A DNA stretch of 64,000 bases from Klebsormidium nitens (GCA_000708835.1 DF236981.1:62001-126000); one strand, 5' to 3'. Numbered from the stretch's first letter, positions 1-13,525 are shown. Numbers and translations: made by a program. Notes: generated by a model from the letters alone, not told the origin.

Positions 1-62
1 AAGAGACAACTTGGAGGAAAGCAGCACGAGGGGCCAGGGCGTCAGGCAGAACATGAACTCAC

Positions 63-263
63 GTTCTTCTTTCTGGCTCTAAATGCAGCTGAATTCTGAG
101 TGGATAAACTGGGATCCCCAGCTCCACGATGGACGCTCACGATTGGTCGAGATGAGGAAAAAGGATTCCAAGTCCCGGCTGGCCTACTTCGGAGGCAGCC
201 ACGTGGCAAACAACCTTTGCTTGAGAATCGGTACTTCACGGAGGAGAGGAAGCAACGAAGCAT
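63..263 (-). CDS. Putative first exon (organelle-targeting-peptide-like) of a gene continuing off the left edge
   Basis: ATG at 263 opens MLRCFLSSVKYRFSSKGCLPRGCLRSRPAGTWNPFSSSRPIVSVHRGAGDPSLSTQNSAAFRARKKN (Arg/Ser-rich, almost no acidic residues). It ends at a strong donor AAC|GTGAGT at 62 in phase 0 and is divergent from DEG8. No recognisable domain. Confidence 0.35.
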
Positions 264-627
264 GCATCGATCACAGGGTTCAGCACACGTTGATTGCACA
301 ATGTCGTGTTGCAGTGGCGTGCTTCTCGCCTCATGAGCGTTCACAGAAGGCAGCTCGCTGCTGAGATTGCATTGGATACACCTTCTTAGGACTTGTACAG
401 GTAGCTCGGGGCGTCGTCGTCTTTCTCCAAAAGAAGCATTCTGGTCGATTGCCCTTCGTTCGGCCTTTGACCATCAGCCAAACGACATGCATTGAGAACC
501 AACTCTTGGAAACGTCCAGAATCCTTTGAAATCATCTGAAAGTATGGCGTGCTCCTCAGCAATACAGGCTTTGAACTGCACCAATCCAGTGGCCACAACA
601 CAGAAGCTAGAGACACCTAACTTCCAT

Positions 628-3600
628 ATGCAAGTTGCCCCACTCAGCATTTCATCGATCTTAGGGGCCAGCCCCTGTCTGCAGACCTGGTCTCACTTCC
701 CTGCACGCATTGACAGCCTACTCCTGAGTGTGTGGCCCTCCTCTAAAACGGGCCCAGATTGCACAAGAGGAAGGCGCCACAGTAGAGTGCGCACACGAGT
801 CTGTAGTCAAGGTGAAATTTTCAACCGAGGTGCAAGCGAGGAAGGATCAAATACAAGGTGAACCGCGCTCTCTCAACATCTGCCAAGCGGTTGCCTATGT
901 CTGTGAGCTAGTGACGACTTCTTTTGGGAGGTGGGGCTAAAGAAATGGCTGAAGAACTGCGCCACATTTAGTTGCACTACCTACCACCACCACCCCCACA
1001 AAAAATCAATATCAGCGTCTGTCTGAAGATAAGAGGAAGTTGTGCCTTTTCAATACCACTGGAGAAGTGGACCGTCCACAGTTTTGACTCTCAACATCAC
1101 GGCGTTTGAGAGACCCACCATCTAATTGTCGTGACCAGATCTTTAATTTTGTGACGCTTGAAGCGGATCAGACACACCCATTGAAACTTCCGTCTGCCTT
1201 GCCGCAGCAGCCAACCGTCCACCTCAGGACGTTCATCTAATGACGATCCCCCAACCATAACACGGCGGTCCGCCATTTTTCTGGCAGCAACGCCCTCCAT
1301 GCTTGTGGCACTGCCAGGTGAAGCTTTTTTATTGCTTTTCCAAATCCTGGGGGCGACAGCTGTCGCCTTTAGTGTTGGGGTTGTTATAAAGCAAAATTGT
1401 TGAGTGCTGGTTGAACCCTGACTTTGAGAGTGCTTTTCAATTCTTTGGGAATATTATTGCGTCTTTATTCTTTCCATTTGCTTTGATTGAACTTGTCGAG
1501 ATACTTATCCTGATTGATCTGAATGATTGCAGATGAAAACGCCACAGAAAGAGAGGCACAGAAAATCCAATAACGATGCCCTTTTTTGGTCTGCAGCACA
1601 CGCATACCGGGATACAGATGTCACTCTAGAGCAAGTGACGCCCCCCATCACACCCGCGGGAAAGCTCCCGCCATCTGAGGTGTGTCCTTGATGTGCACCA
1701 ATAAAACTCAGCATTGTAATATGTGGTCGGATTGGTGCGGCAAAGTAGGGAGCCCTCAGTCAGCATGATGTTGATAATTGTCCACACTGTTGTCTTTGAT
1801 CTGAACATGGCCCTTATTTCGTCCTACCGACTGTCTCAAAGGGATCAAGAGCTTTCACTCCAGTGCATGCTTCAGACACTCACGAGCTTAGCCCTCGATG
1901 TTGACCCCTTTGCTTTTTCCTTTCTGTCGTCCAGGAGGCCACTGTACAGTTGTTTGAGCGCAGCACCTACTCGGTGGCCAATATATTCGACGTGACACTG
2001 CGGCCACAGGCGAACATGACGGGCTCCGTGGAAGTGCCCGAGGGGAATGGGTCAGGGATCGTGTGGGACTCGGACGGGCACATCGTCACAAACTATCATG
2101 GTGCAAACAGCTGACAGTTCCGTGGATGACTGAGGTTTCACCTGATGAGGGAACAACTGAATCTCGATTTGCTGCAGTTGTTCGTCAAAAAGGATAGGCC
2201 TTCTCTTTGATCTAATATAGTACATGCCAACCTCGCTCGATGGACATCAGCGGGGACATTCGGAAAATTCTTGACGCGTTGAAAGCTGCTTTCACCCGGG
2301 GTTTGTCAATTCCGTTTACCTTGCTGGTGCCTCGGAATTTCGGGAATGCCTCCCAACGATCACAAAGTGTTCACAACCCAAGTTTCTGCCAGTCTGGACG
2401 TTATTATTGCAGCCCTCATCTGTCCACCAAACGACTTTTGTGTCGCTTGCCTCATAAACTGCCGGACCCTTTTCTGAAAAAATCTTCCAAGCTTATCTCT
2501 TCTCGTTTTTATCCGCTTTCTTCTTCCCGTCTCGCTGCCGCCGCCCAGGACAATTCGCAAACAAATGAGTCAGTAGCAGATGGTGTAGTAAAGCGCTCTC
2601 AACTAAGAATGGGCTATCGTGAAGGAAAGCTTGACACGCCTCTTCCTACGCTTTCTTCCGTCAGTTGTTGGGAGCGTTTTGTCCACCAATCCGGGGACTC
2701 AGAAGGTGGTGGCGCGCGTGACGTTGTTAGGCACGGACGGCCTGCAGAAGACGTATGAAGCATTGCTGGTGGGAGCAGACCGCACCAAAGATCTGGCCGT
2801 GCTCAAGGTCAGGCCGACCCCCAAATTATCTGCTGTCTCAACCTGCTGTCTCAACCGTTGTAAAGCAAAAAATCAGAGAAAATTGTATCGTAGCCTTCAT
2901 GAATGTTGAAGTGCTGCCATGTGAGATAGAACTCTGTCTTCCAAAAGCTCAGAACGGCTCCGGAACGTTCTTTGGAAGAATTGTAAAGTGGCTTCGAATG
3001 CGTTTCCAGATCTGAACGGGTTGAACGTCCAAGTATCAACGACTCCACACCAGTCGAGCATTTTCCGGACAACGGTGATACATATCCGGGCTTGTGTTAG
3101 CATCCGTTTCAACACTCGCACATTTTACTTCGGGAACAGGCTTAGATTTGAACAGCAGAATCTACTTTGCGTCCAGACTTTGACGCTGAGAGGTGTTCAT
3201 GATGCGACACAAACATCTTGTTTCGCAGGTCAAACAGGCACCATTTGACGGGTGATGCCTTTTCGTTCGTTTGGAAAGGAAAGGCTTGCCGACGCCACAT
3301 ACATGGAGAGAACTGGTGCAAGTCGAAAAGGCCAAGTATAAGGCTCTTGCCTTTGACATACCGCCTCCTTCTTCCTTGCCAGGTGTCAGCTCCGCCGTCA
3401 GTGTTGCGCCCTTTGCAGTTGGGCGATTCCAGCCTCCTACGAGTGGGGCAGCGATGTCTGGCAATCGGGAATCCTTTTGGCTTCGATCATACGCTAACAA
3501 CTGGCGTCGTGAGCGGACTTGACCGCGACATCCAGTCCGTCACGGGAGTGCTCATCGGAGGGGGCATCCAGACGGATGCAGCGATCAATCCAGGAAACAG

Positions 3601-5282
3601 GTACGCTTGACGACCAGACAACCTTGTCATAAATTGCAATTTTTTCGTGCAATTTTTTTCGTGCTTCGCTCTGTTAGACGCCTTCTACACTGGCCTGTGG
3701 TTTCACGAACCCGGATGAGTCTGCTCTCCGACATCGCAGTTTGTGCACAAGCAAGGAGCCGTACCCCTTGTTTTCTTATCTCCCAGAATGCTATCATAAA
3801 AGATGTCGGTTTGTCTGGTTGATACTTACAGCGGATTACCTTCAACAAACGGCCCATTACGTGGCTGTTCCCAAGATAGCCGATCAAATAAACTGGACCT
3901 CCCGCTTGGCACGCGAACTGCACCGAAGGTCGAGGCGTGCAGGTGCAATGTCCCAACGACCACATTCATGACAAAAGCTGACCTGATCATCTACGAATCA
4001 GAGTGCTGGAACGTCTGTCCAAATGGACGCTCTCCAATTGGCGCAAGACTGGCACGAATATAGGGTTTTCGAAGACGCCGACGCACAAGTTCTTGGGGGT
4101 TTTTGACGAACTTCCTGGGGCGATTTACCCATTTGAAAAAGATCAAACCGAGGTCTTGCGTCTCGCACACAACTCAACCACTGAACAGTCAGTTGCTTTT
4201 GTCCCCAGCGGCGGCCCGCTTCTGAACAGCCGCGGCGAGCTGATCGGCATCAACACGGCCATCTACAGTCGGTCCGGGACGTCGTCGGGCATCGGGTTCG
4301 CCATCCCGGCGGCCACCGTGCAGCGCGTGGTGCCGCAGCTCATCCAGTACGGCAGGGTGAGGCGCGCAGCTAGGACGCGGGTCCGAAACCCGACTGGGTT
4401 AGCGTTATGGTTAATGGTTCGGAGCCGCTGCGAACTGATAGAACGGCCTTGAAATGAGACACAGTTGGTTAGAGCTTTGGCTTGACCACTTCCAACACTG
4501 GGAGCGGATGGGAGAGAGTGTTTTCAGCCGCCAGCCCTGCTTGCTTGACCCTTTCGTCGAGAATGGTCACAACCCGTGTGTTTCAACCCTCAAATCGTGG
4601 CGCGCTCATTCTTTTGAGCCCGCAGTGTTGGTTAGGGGCCTGCCAAGCGACTTAGGGCTGTTACTCTGGGTGCCAAGCAAAGCTGTCGTCGGCGACAAGC
4701 CTGTCGCGCCACCACCTGTGTCAACATGATTTAGATTGCTTACAGGTCCGCAAGCGCGGAGTTGTAACAATGTCGCACTCTTTGATTCGATTCTCGGAAA
4801 AGTGCCAGCTGCTCGTGCCAGCTAAAAGCTCTTCGTCGAAGACTGACTGACTGGACGACTCCAAGTGCACAGCGATTGTTGACCCGATATTTGCAGAAAT
4901 CTGTGGTGAAAGTTTTTCGACGTGCCCTGGGCTCAGCGACTTCCTTTTGGTGCAGGTTATGCGGCCGAGCCTGGCCGTTCAAATTGCCAACGAACTCGTG
5001 GCTCGACAGGTTGATGTTTCTTCGGGAGCGCTAATTCTGGCGGTAACTCCAAACAGCGCAGCGGCGAAAGCGGGGCTGCTGCCGACGCGGCGGGGGCTGG
5101 GAGGAAACATCGTTCGGGGGGATGTTATTGTGGGCTTGAATGACACCCCCATTGTGAAACCCATCGACTTGGCAAAAACGTTTGATACCCTCCAAGTAGG
5201 AGTGACGGTCACGCTCAAGGTACAAAGGGAAGGTCAGCTACTCGAGTTGCCTGTCGCACTTGAAGAGAGTTCGGGACGGTGA
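628..5282 (+). CDS. DEG8: Thylakoid-lumen Deg/HtrA serine protease, DEG8-like, 8 exons
   Basis: Exons 628-857, 1208-1317, 1597-1679, 1935-2100, 2665-2807, 3383-3600, 4209-4356, 4956-5282; all junctions are phase-compatible. Transit peptide, then twin-Arg Tat signal [22 protein letters not shown]. Catalytic triad TNYHV / KDLAV / GNSGGP (Ser codon split by an intron), followed by one C-terminal [28 protein letters not shown] and [11 protein letters not shown] match Arabidopsis DEG8 as recalled. Confidence 0.93.
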
Positions 5283-6780
5283 GAAAGTTTTGATACTCGT
5301 TGGATCATGGTTCTGTCGATCATGTAGCAAAGGACTCCAGGATGTCTGGAGCTCTGGTTTTTGTTCGGCGCTTGCAGCCTGCGTCACCAGCTTGCTGTGT
5401 ACATGACAGACTCTACAGACCATGTCAAAGTTAAGGCAATCTCAGGTTGATAGTTCCTGCAGATGGCTGCCAACATCGTGCCAGCTGCTCCCCTCAAAAA
5501 CGTTGGACGGCTGCCATCACTGCATTCTTTGAACTCGGCTTTGAAGACTGCTAGCGACAGTATGTAGTCAACTCTTGCATGTCGCACGAAGCCCATGATG
5601 ATGTGCCAGTGCCACGCGGCTTTCAAGCTGTTCAAAATGGTACATACTGCATCATCTCGAGAGGCACGATGGTAACTTCTATTAGTAGGCGGTATTGATT
5701 GACAAAGCATGCAGGCTATGCGTGTTGTTTGCGGATCCTCAGATCAGCTAATAGGCCGCATCATTGTCCTCTGTATGCACGCCGGGCGTGGCGCACACCA
5801 TGTTACATGGGATTAATAAATTATTGTAAGTATGCATGATTATATATTAGTATACTGCGGGGCGCCATATGCATAGCGTCACTGCAGCGGCCAGCTCAAT
5901 GAACCTGATTTGTGGCAATTTGACCAGCCACTGGATGATGGTCCCTTTTCACAACACGCTGTAGCCATGGTGCATATACGGCCGCATGCGGCCGCCCATA
6001 TATAGGCTTCTCATGGCATACAATCTTTACGACTCATATTGTTGTGTCATGTGCTTATGCTTCTACACTATCCCAGACGATTTTGCCAACTCTCCTCAAT
6101 ACTGATATGCTTGTGTATTTAGCGTCACCGTCCAGATTGGCAGCATTGCTAGGGCGCAGCCTAGTTGCTCAAAGGCGGTCAGCTAGATGGATAAGAAGTT
6201 TACTTACCATAGTAGTTAGATGCATATGGCACTTACGTAAAAGCAGAGATCTCTGAATGATACTCTCTCTCGACTGAATGATACTAGGAAAGCCTTGAAG
6301 CAACTCAATTGATGCAAACGGAACATGGATTGAGAAGCTGTACACTACTAGATACAATTTGATATAGGGTTTCCACTCGTTCCTGGGAGTGGAACGATCG
6401 AACAGGCCTTTCAATTGCAATCAAGGCCTAGCTTGAAACTTAGGGTGAGCTTGAAGAGACATGATAAGAAGCTGCATTGAGGGGCCGCACAGAGCGAACT
6501 CAAACATCAGCAAGAAACAAAAGTGTGGCCTCATGATCAGAACTTCGAAAAGTCTAGACAAAGTTGAGACAGCTTTTCATTGCCCCTTCAGATGGGACTC
6601 AAATGAAGCCAGGTCAATAATTGTACAACTCATAACAAAACTGGTCTTCTGACACTACCAGACCTAGGCATTTTACAGCAGTCAAATCTGGTTGAATGGT
6701 TACTACGCTAGCGTCATCACACAAGAATAACCTATGATCAATTCAAATATACAACACTGGTTTGAACAACCAATCCCAAA

Positions 6781-8509
6781 CTAATCTGGGGCTGTCTTTC
6801 CTATTTCCTCCTCTCGCCTCCACACCCAATGGTGTGTGCGCACTCCTACTGTCCTCCCCCCCAGAGCAACCCCATTCCCGTTCACGTTCCCCTTCACGTC
6901 AATGTGCTGGTCTGCTGCAGGGCCGCTGCCGCTGCAACAAGCCTCCCCCTCGTTTTCCACAGTTTCAAACGCCCTTTCTGGCAGGTCTCGTACGACCGCC
7001 TTTATGCTATGCAAAACGTATCGCGTCGGCAACCCTGGGTATGAGCACGACTCCCTCTCCTCATCTTCCCTCTCGTAGGTGCCAGGGAGCAAGCGGACCT
7101 TATCCCTTGCGCCTAGCTCGGACCCCAACTCCTCGTAAATGCCCCGCAAGCAGGCAGCTTCAACACCCTCCCCTGCAAACCAAGGCGCCGACTTTTAGCG
7201 ACAGCAATTTCAGGAAGGCACTGTACAGGGTCATCACTTGTTTCTCCCTGGCCCGTCATTTTCATTGGTTATCTACAACATTTTGTCAAGCATTCGGAAA
7301 TTGAAACACAATGGTCAGCAACATGCATGCTTGGATCCAAAGCAACCCAAGCAAACATTGTAAATCCAGCTGCCCGCATTCAGCACCTGACACACCCAAT
7401 CGAGCAAGAATGCCGCACAATCAAGTGGAGACAGACCTCAACCATTGGGACAGCCCCTGTGATCCGAGAAGCTGACCACCTGCCTTGATGGCTAAGAATC
7501 CAGACGAGCGAGCAAAGCAAGAAACCCCAAGACAAGGCCGCAGATGAACGGCAGAACCAGCAGGGGCTTGGACTGATTCCAAATTCAAGGAGACCTCACC
7601 AGGCTTCATCTTCTCGGAGAGGGGCCTGTTCCTCGGCCGCCTCGTCCCATTCCCCATGCTCTGGTGCGACTCTACCAGTACCAGCCCCTCGGAGCTCAGG
7701 ATCTTCACCGACGCAACATGGACCGTCCGTCTCGGCGGCATCCCGTCTTCCAGTGAAATCTCGCCCTCCTGCAGCTCCTGAAACAGGTTTGCTACCGGCT
7801 TGGTCCCCTTGAGCAGGCCCCACTGTGGGACCTGTGCGGCAGTCTCCGCTGGCAACCGCTGAGCCAGCCACTCTGCCAACGCCTGTGCAGACCCCAACTC
7901 TACCGCAGTCACGCACTGCTCCCCTAAGCACAGATCGGCCACAGGCTCCTCCCCCGCTGCAAATACCGACTCCGTGCTGCTCGCCAACCCCCCTGATGCG
8001 CCGTATGCCCTTTCCAACTCAGCCGCTGCGTTTGAGCTCTCCCTTGCACCTTCCAATTCACTGCTCCGTTCCTCTATGACTGCCATGTCCATGCTGTGCA
8101 CCCGGTAGAGAGTGTGCCACAACCTCCGCCTAACTGCGCTATATTGGTCCTGCTCTTGACCCGCACCCTGCTGCCAAGGACCGGCGAAAGCCTCCTCAGG
8201 AGCTGTCTCCGTGGGGTACGCCCCGCGGGAGGCAAGGGCTTGGGTTTTGGTAGGGGACTCTGGAAGCGACCTCTTGGCGGCCGTGTTGGCAATGCTGCGG
8301 GAACTTAGCGGCCACGATGCCTCCTCGTCCAAAGATGCAGTAGGGAAGGGGCAGCTCTTGGTTCTAACTAGGTTAGGGCTGGAATGGTTGGGAACCCCAG
8401 GGCTGGCAGGTGGAGTTGGACCAAAACCAAAGCGTTTGCCTAAGGAGGGGCCGGCTGTGTTGACTTTAAGGTTCGGAAGGGGCACCCTGACAAGACTCCT
8501 TGCTGCCAT
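6781..8509 (-). CDS. Uncharacterised Nudix-fold protein (At5g24460-like) with a long Ser/Pro/Ala-rich N-terminus, 2 exons
   Basis: Exons 8509-7600 and 7172-6781 join as LSEKMKPG|EGVEAACLRGIYEELGS. Conserved blocks WGLLKGTKPVANLFQELQEGE, RRTVHVASVKI, RPLSEKMKP and SCSYPGLPTRYVLH. The start Met is chosen just downstream of an acceptor-like TTTTGCAG and could lie further upstream. Confidence 0.8.
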
Positions 8510-9565
8510 TGCTTGCGGCTGCTCAAAGCCACAAAGCCATCGTTCTGACTGCAAAACCAAGAACACAGCCATATGAGCATGAAACAGAACACAGCCATCT
8601 GAACAACTAAGACCGAGGTGAATGCCTGAATCTAGTGAATCCCTACCAGAGCATGTTTCGCTGCGACCGTCAAAGCAAAGGCATATGCAGGTCATTGAAA
8701 GTAGACCAAACCCTTGTGCTCAACGGACACATCTCCACATGAAGTACCTGGAAATTATTCAGCTTAGCGGGAAGGGACAACATTTTCTGAGCAGGATTCC
8801 CAAGATCACCAATACAAGCGGATTCACAAGCTGCAGCAAACTCAACCTGAACGAATTGATAGGGGCCTCCCATAGCCTTCAAAAGCAGGGCAGAAACAAA
8901 CCTGTAGGATCAAAGACATGGGAAAAGAACTCACCAACTGATGAGCAGACTTCCTTAGGCCCGTATGCAACGACCCTTTTGGACACTAACCGCAGCTTGA
9001 CCTTCAAATGCTGCTTAGTGTACAGACTCTCTTGCAAAGCATTGTAACAACCAACCGAGCCCTCCCTACTTCAGATTGTGCCTTCCCGTTCTTCGGCAAC
9101 AACCTTTAAACTCCCCACTCCGCAAGTTGCAACTTCTCCAAACCCAACTCAAAAGCTGTCATGCCAGCAAGCCTACTCCTGATTTGCAGATATTCCTATG
9201 TGCCCAGAACCGCCACAGGTGCTGTGGACAGAATCCTACGATACGCCTTCCTAAAAGTAAGAAACCAACATCAACTGAACAGTGCTGCGAGCGACAGTAC
9301 CGGTATTCCCCGTCTCAACTCAGCAAGGACGAAGATGACATTGAGAGCACAGACTGACAATGGCGCGATGGTGGAAAGTGACAAGTCGCCTTTGCTGTTC
9401 CGAGTTCGGCTGAGGTTCAACCGGGCGGTCGTCTTCTTCTTCAACCTGTGTCTATCCACTTGTCGACGTGGTCGCTTCCCTGGCCTTGATTTGGGTCTCT
9501 CATATCAGAGACTGCCACGCTGGAACCTGCAAAACCCTCGAAGACGCGGCTACAAGCCCCCAGGG

Positions 9566-9605
9566 GGCCGCGGCGTGCATATGCGCAACCGGTCACGCCG
9601 CGGCC
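9566..9605. repeat. Perfect 12-bp inverted repeat with 16-nt spacer
   Basis: GGCCGCGGCGTG (9566-9577) and CACGCCGCGGCC (9594-9605), in the divergent spacer upstream of RRF. Confidence 0.85.
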
Positions 9606-9777
9606 GCACTAGTACTTTGCGATCCAGGCTCGCGCGCACATATGCGCCAGGGCAACTTGCCAAAAAGAATGCCACCGTGAGTGCATTTTGTCAAGGTCAC
9701 GCTGTATTATTCTGTAATTTGGACAGCTAGGCGCACAAAGGGTTCAGCCACGAAGAGGTCAGCACTGAGCAGTGATA

Positions 9778-12700
9778 ATGGCGTCTGCTTTGCATTGTGC
9801 TACAAATGCAGGGGGAACCATCGCACTTGCGGGGTCGTGGAAGCGCACAAGGGCCACAGGTACAAAGTGTGCAGGGCTTTTATGCTTTGATTGCAGCACC
9901 TAGAGATACTGCCACCCCGATGGGTGAAAATTTGTGTTTCAACTCAATTGGAGTCAGCAAGTTATAATTCTGGAACATTACTCTCCTTGTCATCCTTGGG
10001 CTGCTTCTGCTCCCTCACTGATTTGTTGTGGCACTGTCATTCCCCTTGCTGGCCCGCTCCTCTAGTTGCAAAATTGAGCCATGAACAACGTTCTGATGTT
10101 TGGAAACTGTTGTAGACGTATTCCATTTTCCATGCACTTGCAGTGAATACCCTGCCTCTGGTGGTGAAAGCCAGCTCCAGTCCCAGGCCTCAATTGCCGG
10201 CGCCTGCATTTGCAACGCCTCACCCCGTTAGCTCTAAATTGGGACAGGCTTTGTGGCTAAGAAAGCATGTTGGTCACCATGACTCAAGCGGACTGGATCG
10301 GTGAGTCAACAGATTTGCTGACAATGAAGCAAGTCGGTGATACACCATCCCAACACTCGGTCTTGCATCGCTGGTCTGGTGAGGGCATCTTTCCTTGTGC
10401 TGCATTGAGCAGATTTTTATTAGAGTGAGTTCATCCCATATATACGTCCCTGTCAACAGGAGTCGAGATTCGCAAGTGTGTAAAGCCACTGAGGAGATCA
10501 GCACCATGTGCGAAGAGATTGAGCTAGAAACGGTGAGCTGCCAAAATTGACTCCCGGAAGCAATCCGTGCATCACAAAACTTCAAGCTGGATGAGGCACT
10601 GATCTGTGAAACCTTGCATGGGATATCATGTGGCGGCCTGTTTGTTCTGCTCTTTGCTGATTTCAAAAACATGCGGCTTGAGTACGTGACTCAAAGTTTG
10701 AGTTGCTGGCAAGCAGGTTTCACTTTCATGACATATCAGCCTTTGACCTGACCTGGAGTCCAAGTGTGCAGGAAGAAAAAATGGAGAAGTGCATTGAGTC
10801 CGTACGGGCAAAGTTCAACAGTGTGCGGACAGGAAGGGCAAGCACCTCCCTCCTTGATCGTGTGGAGGTGAGTTCCCTAGTAAATTTGAAAATTTTCTAC
10901 CACCACTTAACGTGGGGTATAACTCGGGGCAAATCGGCTGCATTGCTCAAAGTATGGGCCAGACTCACATCGCTGCTTGCAACGAAGTTAATTTGCTTAT
11001 CATCACAGCAGCGGAAGACCTGCTTGTATGCAAGTCCCACTTGCAGTGTTCAAGTTGCGAACTTGATTGTGAGCAGTGCTGCTTACCAGCAATGTTTCTG
11101 CCCCCGGTGGGGTTTGAAAGAAGAAGAGACAGAGTGCATGACATGTTGCTACGGAGTTCAGATTCTGCTCCTCTGACACTTCCTCAGCCTCCTCGAGTGG
11201 TCAAAAACTGCGGTTGCATCAATACGGCTAGGCATGGGGCCAAGTCCAGGGTCGGAAAGTTTCCATGTTATCCAAAAAGTTTCTGCTCCCTGTTTGGTGC
11301 CGTAGGTTGATTACTATGGTGTCCCTGTCATCCTCAAGAGCCTTGCCAACATCAGCACCCCTGACGCTAGTTCGATTCTCATCCAACCATTTGACAAGTC
11401 CAGGTAGGGCACCTTTTCAATCCAGTTGCAAAATCTGTACTCAACAATCATAATCTTGGCTGGTAATGTATGTAGCTTCAGGTCGAACCACTTTCCAACC
11501 TCCTCTTTTCATTCTTAGATCTAGGATCAGCACAAAGAACCGAGACCCTATTCCAAAACATTGCAGCAAGCATCCCAAGGTTTGGCGAACATATTCGAAC
11601 CTGACACCATGATATCATTATCACCACCTCTGACATGGCCTTTTACATGGACGCCTGATGAAAGAGTTCCCTGCTCCTGCAGCATCACGGCGATCTCGAA
11701 AGCCCTGTTGCAGTCCGATCTCGGCCTGACGCCCACGAACGACGGCACAGTCATCCGACTCAACATCCCGCCCCTCACGGGGGACAGGAGAAAGGTACGC
11801 TAGCAGCTATTGCCAGTTGTCTATCTCATTTTCGAGCTTTCAAATTGTCCTTTGGAAGGAAAGTGCTGGGTTTCTGAGGCTTCCGACCAGCTTTATGAAG
11901 CAAGGAGCAGCAACCATTTGGAGTAACGGAGGCAGGACTACTCTTTTGCGTACATCAGAACATCACGAATCTGGCCACAACGTGTGCGTTTGCCACCGAC
12001 ACTGTGATTTCTAGTGGAGATTTTGGTCCTTCAGATTCGCTCGAATCGTTGCACATTTGCTTCTGAGCAATCGGCTTTCGAAAAGACTTCACTTGCAACT
12101 CTCAACGGAGAACAACCGTCAAGGCAGATGCTCGGACAAGTTGCAAAAATTCGTTGCTTTAACTGTGTTATTTGTTTCTTATCAGGAACTGGTGAAAACA
12201 ATCGGAAAGCTAGCAGAGGACGGCAGGGTGAGCGGCCCCCGTTCCTCGGTTCTCTGATTACCATTCATGAGCGCAGCTCCTTGAAGCTTGAGCTCGGCTC
12301 TCAGTCTCATTGAGCAACGCGTTACTTTAAAGCTACTTGCGGCAATTTTGCCATTATGTTTCCACCTCGAACGGTCTGCTGATCTTGGACCATATGATCG
12401 ACGAAGGAAGGACATCTGTTGGATCACGATTGGGACCGAGACCATGGTGGCAAGCTTGATGCAAAGAGCAGTACGTAGGATTCATGTCTGGTAGAGAAAC
12501 ACAACAACGAAGGAGCTGAAAGCAGTATCTGAGACCCTCGTGAGGCATTTTGCTTGGCCCGTAAAGACGTGTTCTTTTGCTTCTCTTTATCCTCCTTTTT
12601 GACGCCAAGGATCTCAGGGGCTTGAAGTCGTCACCTGATCGTGTTCCAATCTCACGTGCAGATTGCCATCCGGAATGTTCGAAGGGACGCCATTAAGAAG

Positions 12701-13525
12701 TTCGAGAAGATGGAGAAGGTGCGCGCTCCGGTGTCCTCCTCCAGTTTGTTGCCAGTACTGGCTCTTTTTGTAGGCGCGTCGTTCAGAAGTCTCTCCCGCG
12801 TATTTTGCCCTGAAAATGTGTTTTGGCGATCGCACCAAGTCTCCGCTTAGGTTTGCAAACACAGGTCGCGCATCGACGGACCCTCTTTCCGTGCTCTTTC
12901 TAAGCTTCCGCTTCCGTGCAGGATGGCGAACTGTCGGAAGACAATCTGCGGGACTACGAGGACACTGTACAAGTGAGCAGACCTCTCTCAGTCTCTTCCG
13001 CTCCAACTCATTTTGCTCTTGCTACAACCATTCGCCGCACGGAGCTGGTTCGCGTATGAACGTTCTACTGGCCACTGTGGTCAGCTCGTTCTTGTTCCGT
13101 CCACTTCAAACGGATCCTCGTGCAGAAAAGTTTGTCCAGGCAGAAGCTTGACAACGCTGTTGGACTGCCGTGCAGAAAATGACGGACAAGTATGTGAAGA
13201 AGGTAGATGAGCTCTACAAAGCGAAGGAAAAGGTGAGGTTGCATCTCGCGGGCGCACTCACTCGGCCAAGCAGACTGTATTCTTTCAATCTTTCGCGGTT
13301 GAGTGTGAAAGACGATAGGCAGCTTGAAGGCGGAATGATGCTGAGTTCTATTGTGTACAGCTCCTCATTTGTGGATGCAATCGACTCTAGCTAGGTTTCG
13401 ATTTGGAAGTCTGTACGAGTGTGAGTGATGCTTAGATCTTGGCATGCCAGGGATTATCTCCGCTTGGTTTCGGGGACTGAATGTGCAACTCATCTGACGA
13501 CTTGCAGGACATTCTTCAAGTATGA
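9778..13525 (+). CDS. RRF: Plastid ribosome recycling factor, 11 exons
   Basis: Exons 9778-9859, 10144-10300, 10460-10532, 10772-10867, 11306-11403, 11683-11794, 12186-12227, 12662-12718, 12922-12972, 13176-13232, 13508-13525. Motifs [68 protein letters not shown] and KAKEKDILQV*. The N-terminus is a transit peptide ([12 protein letters not shown]...). Confidence 0.95.

Noticed and set aside
2120-2170. CTGATGAG hammerhead-like cores (here and near 34876 and 43598)
   Set aside because: None has the required stem II closed by C-GAAA or flanking stems I and III.
5384-5710. 108-aa minus ORF (…LKAAWHWHIIMGFVRHARVDY…) behind DEG8, considered as a retroelement remnant
   Set aside because: No RT, RNase H, integrase or zinc-finger motif is recognisable; it overlaps the DEG8 3' region.
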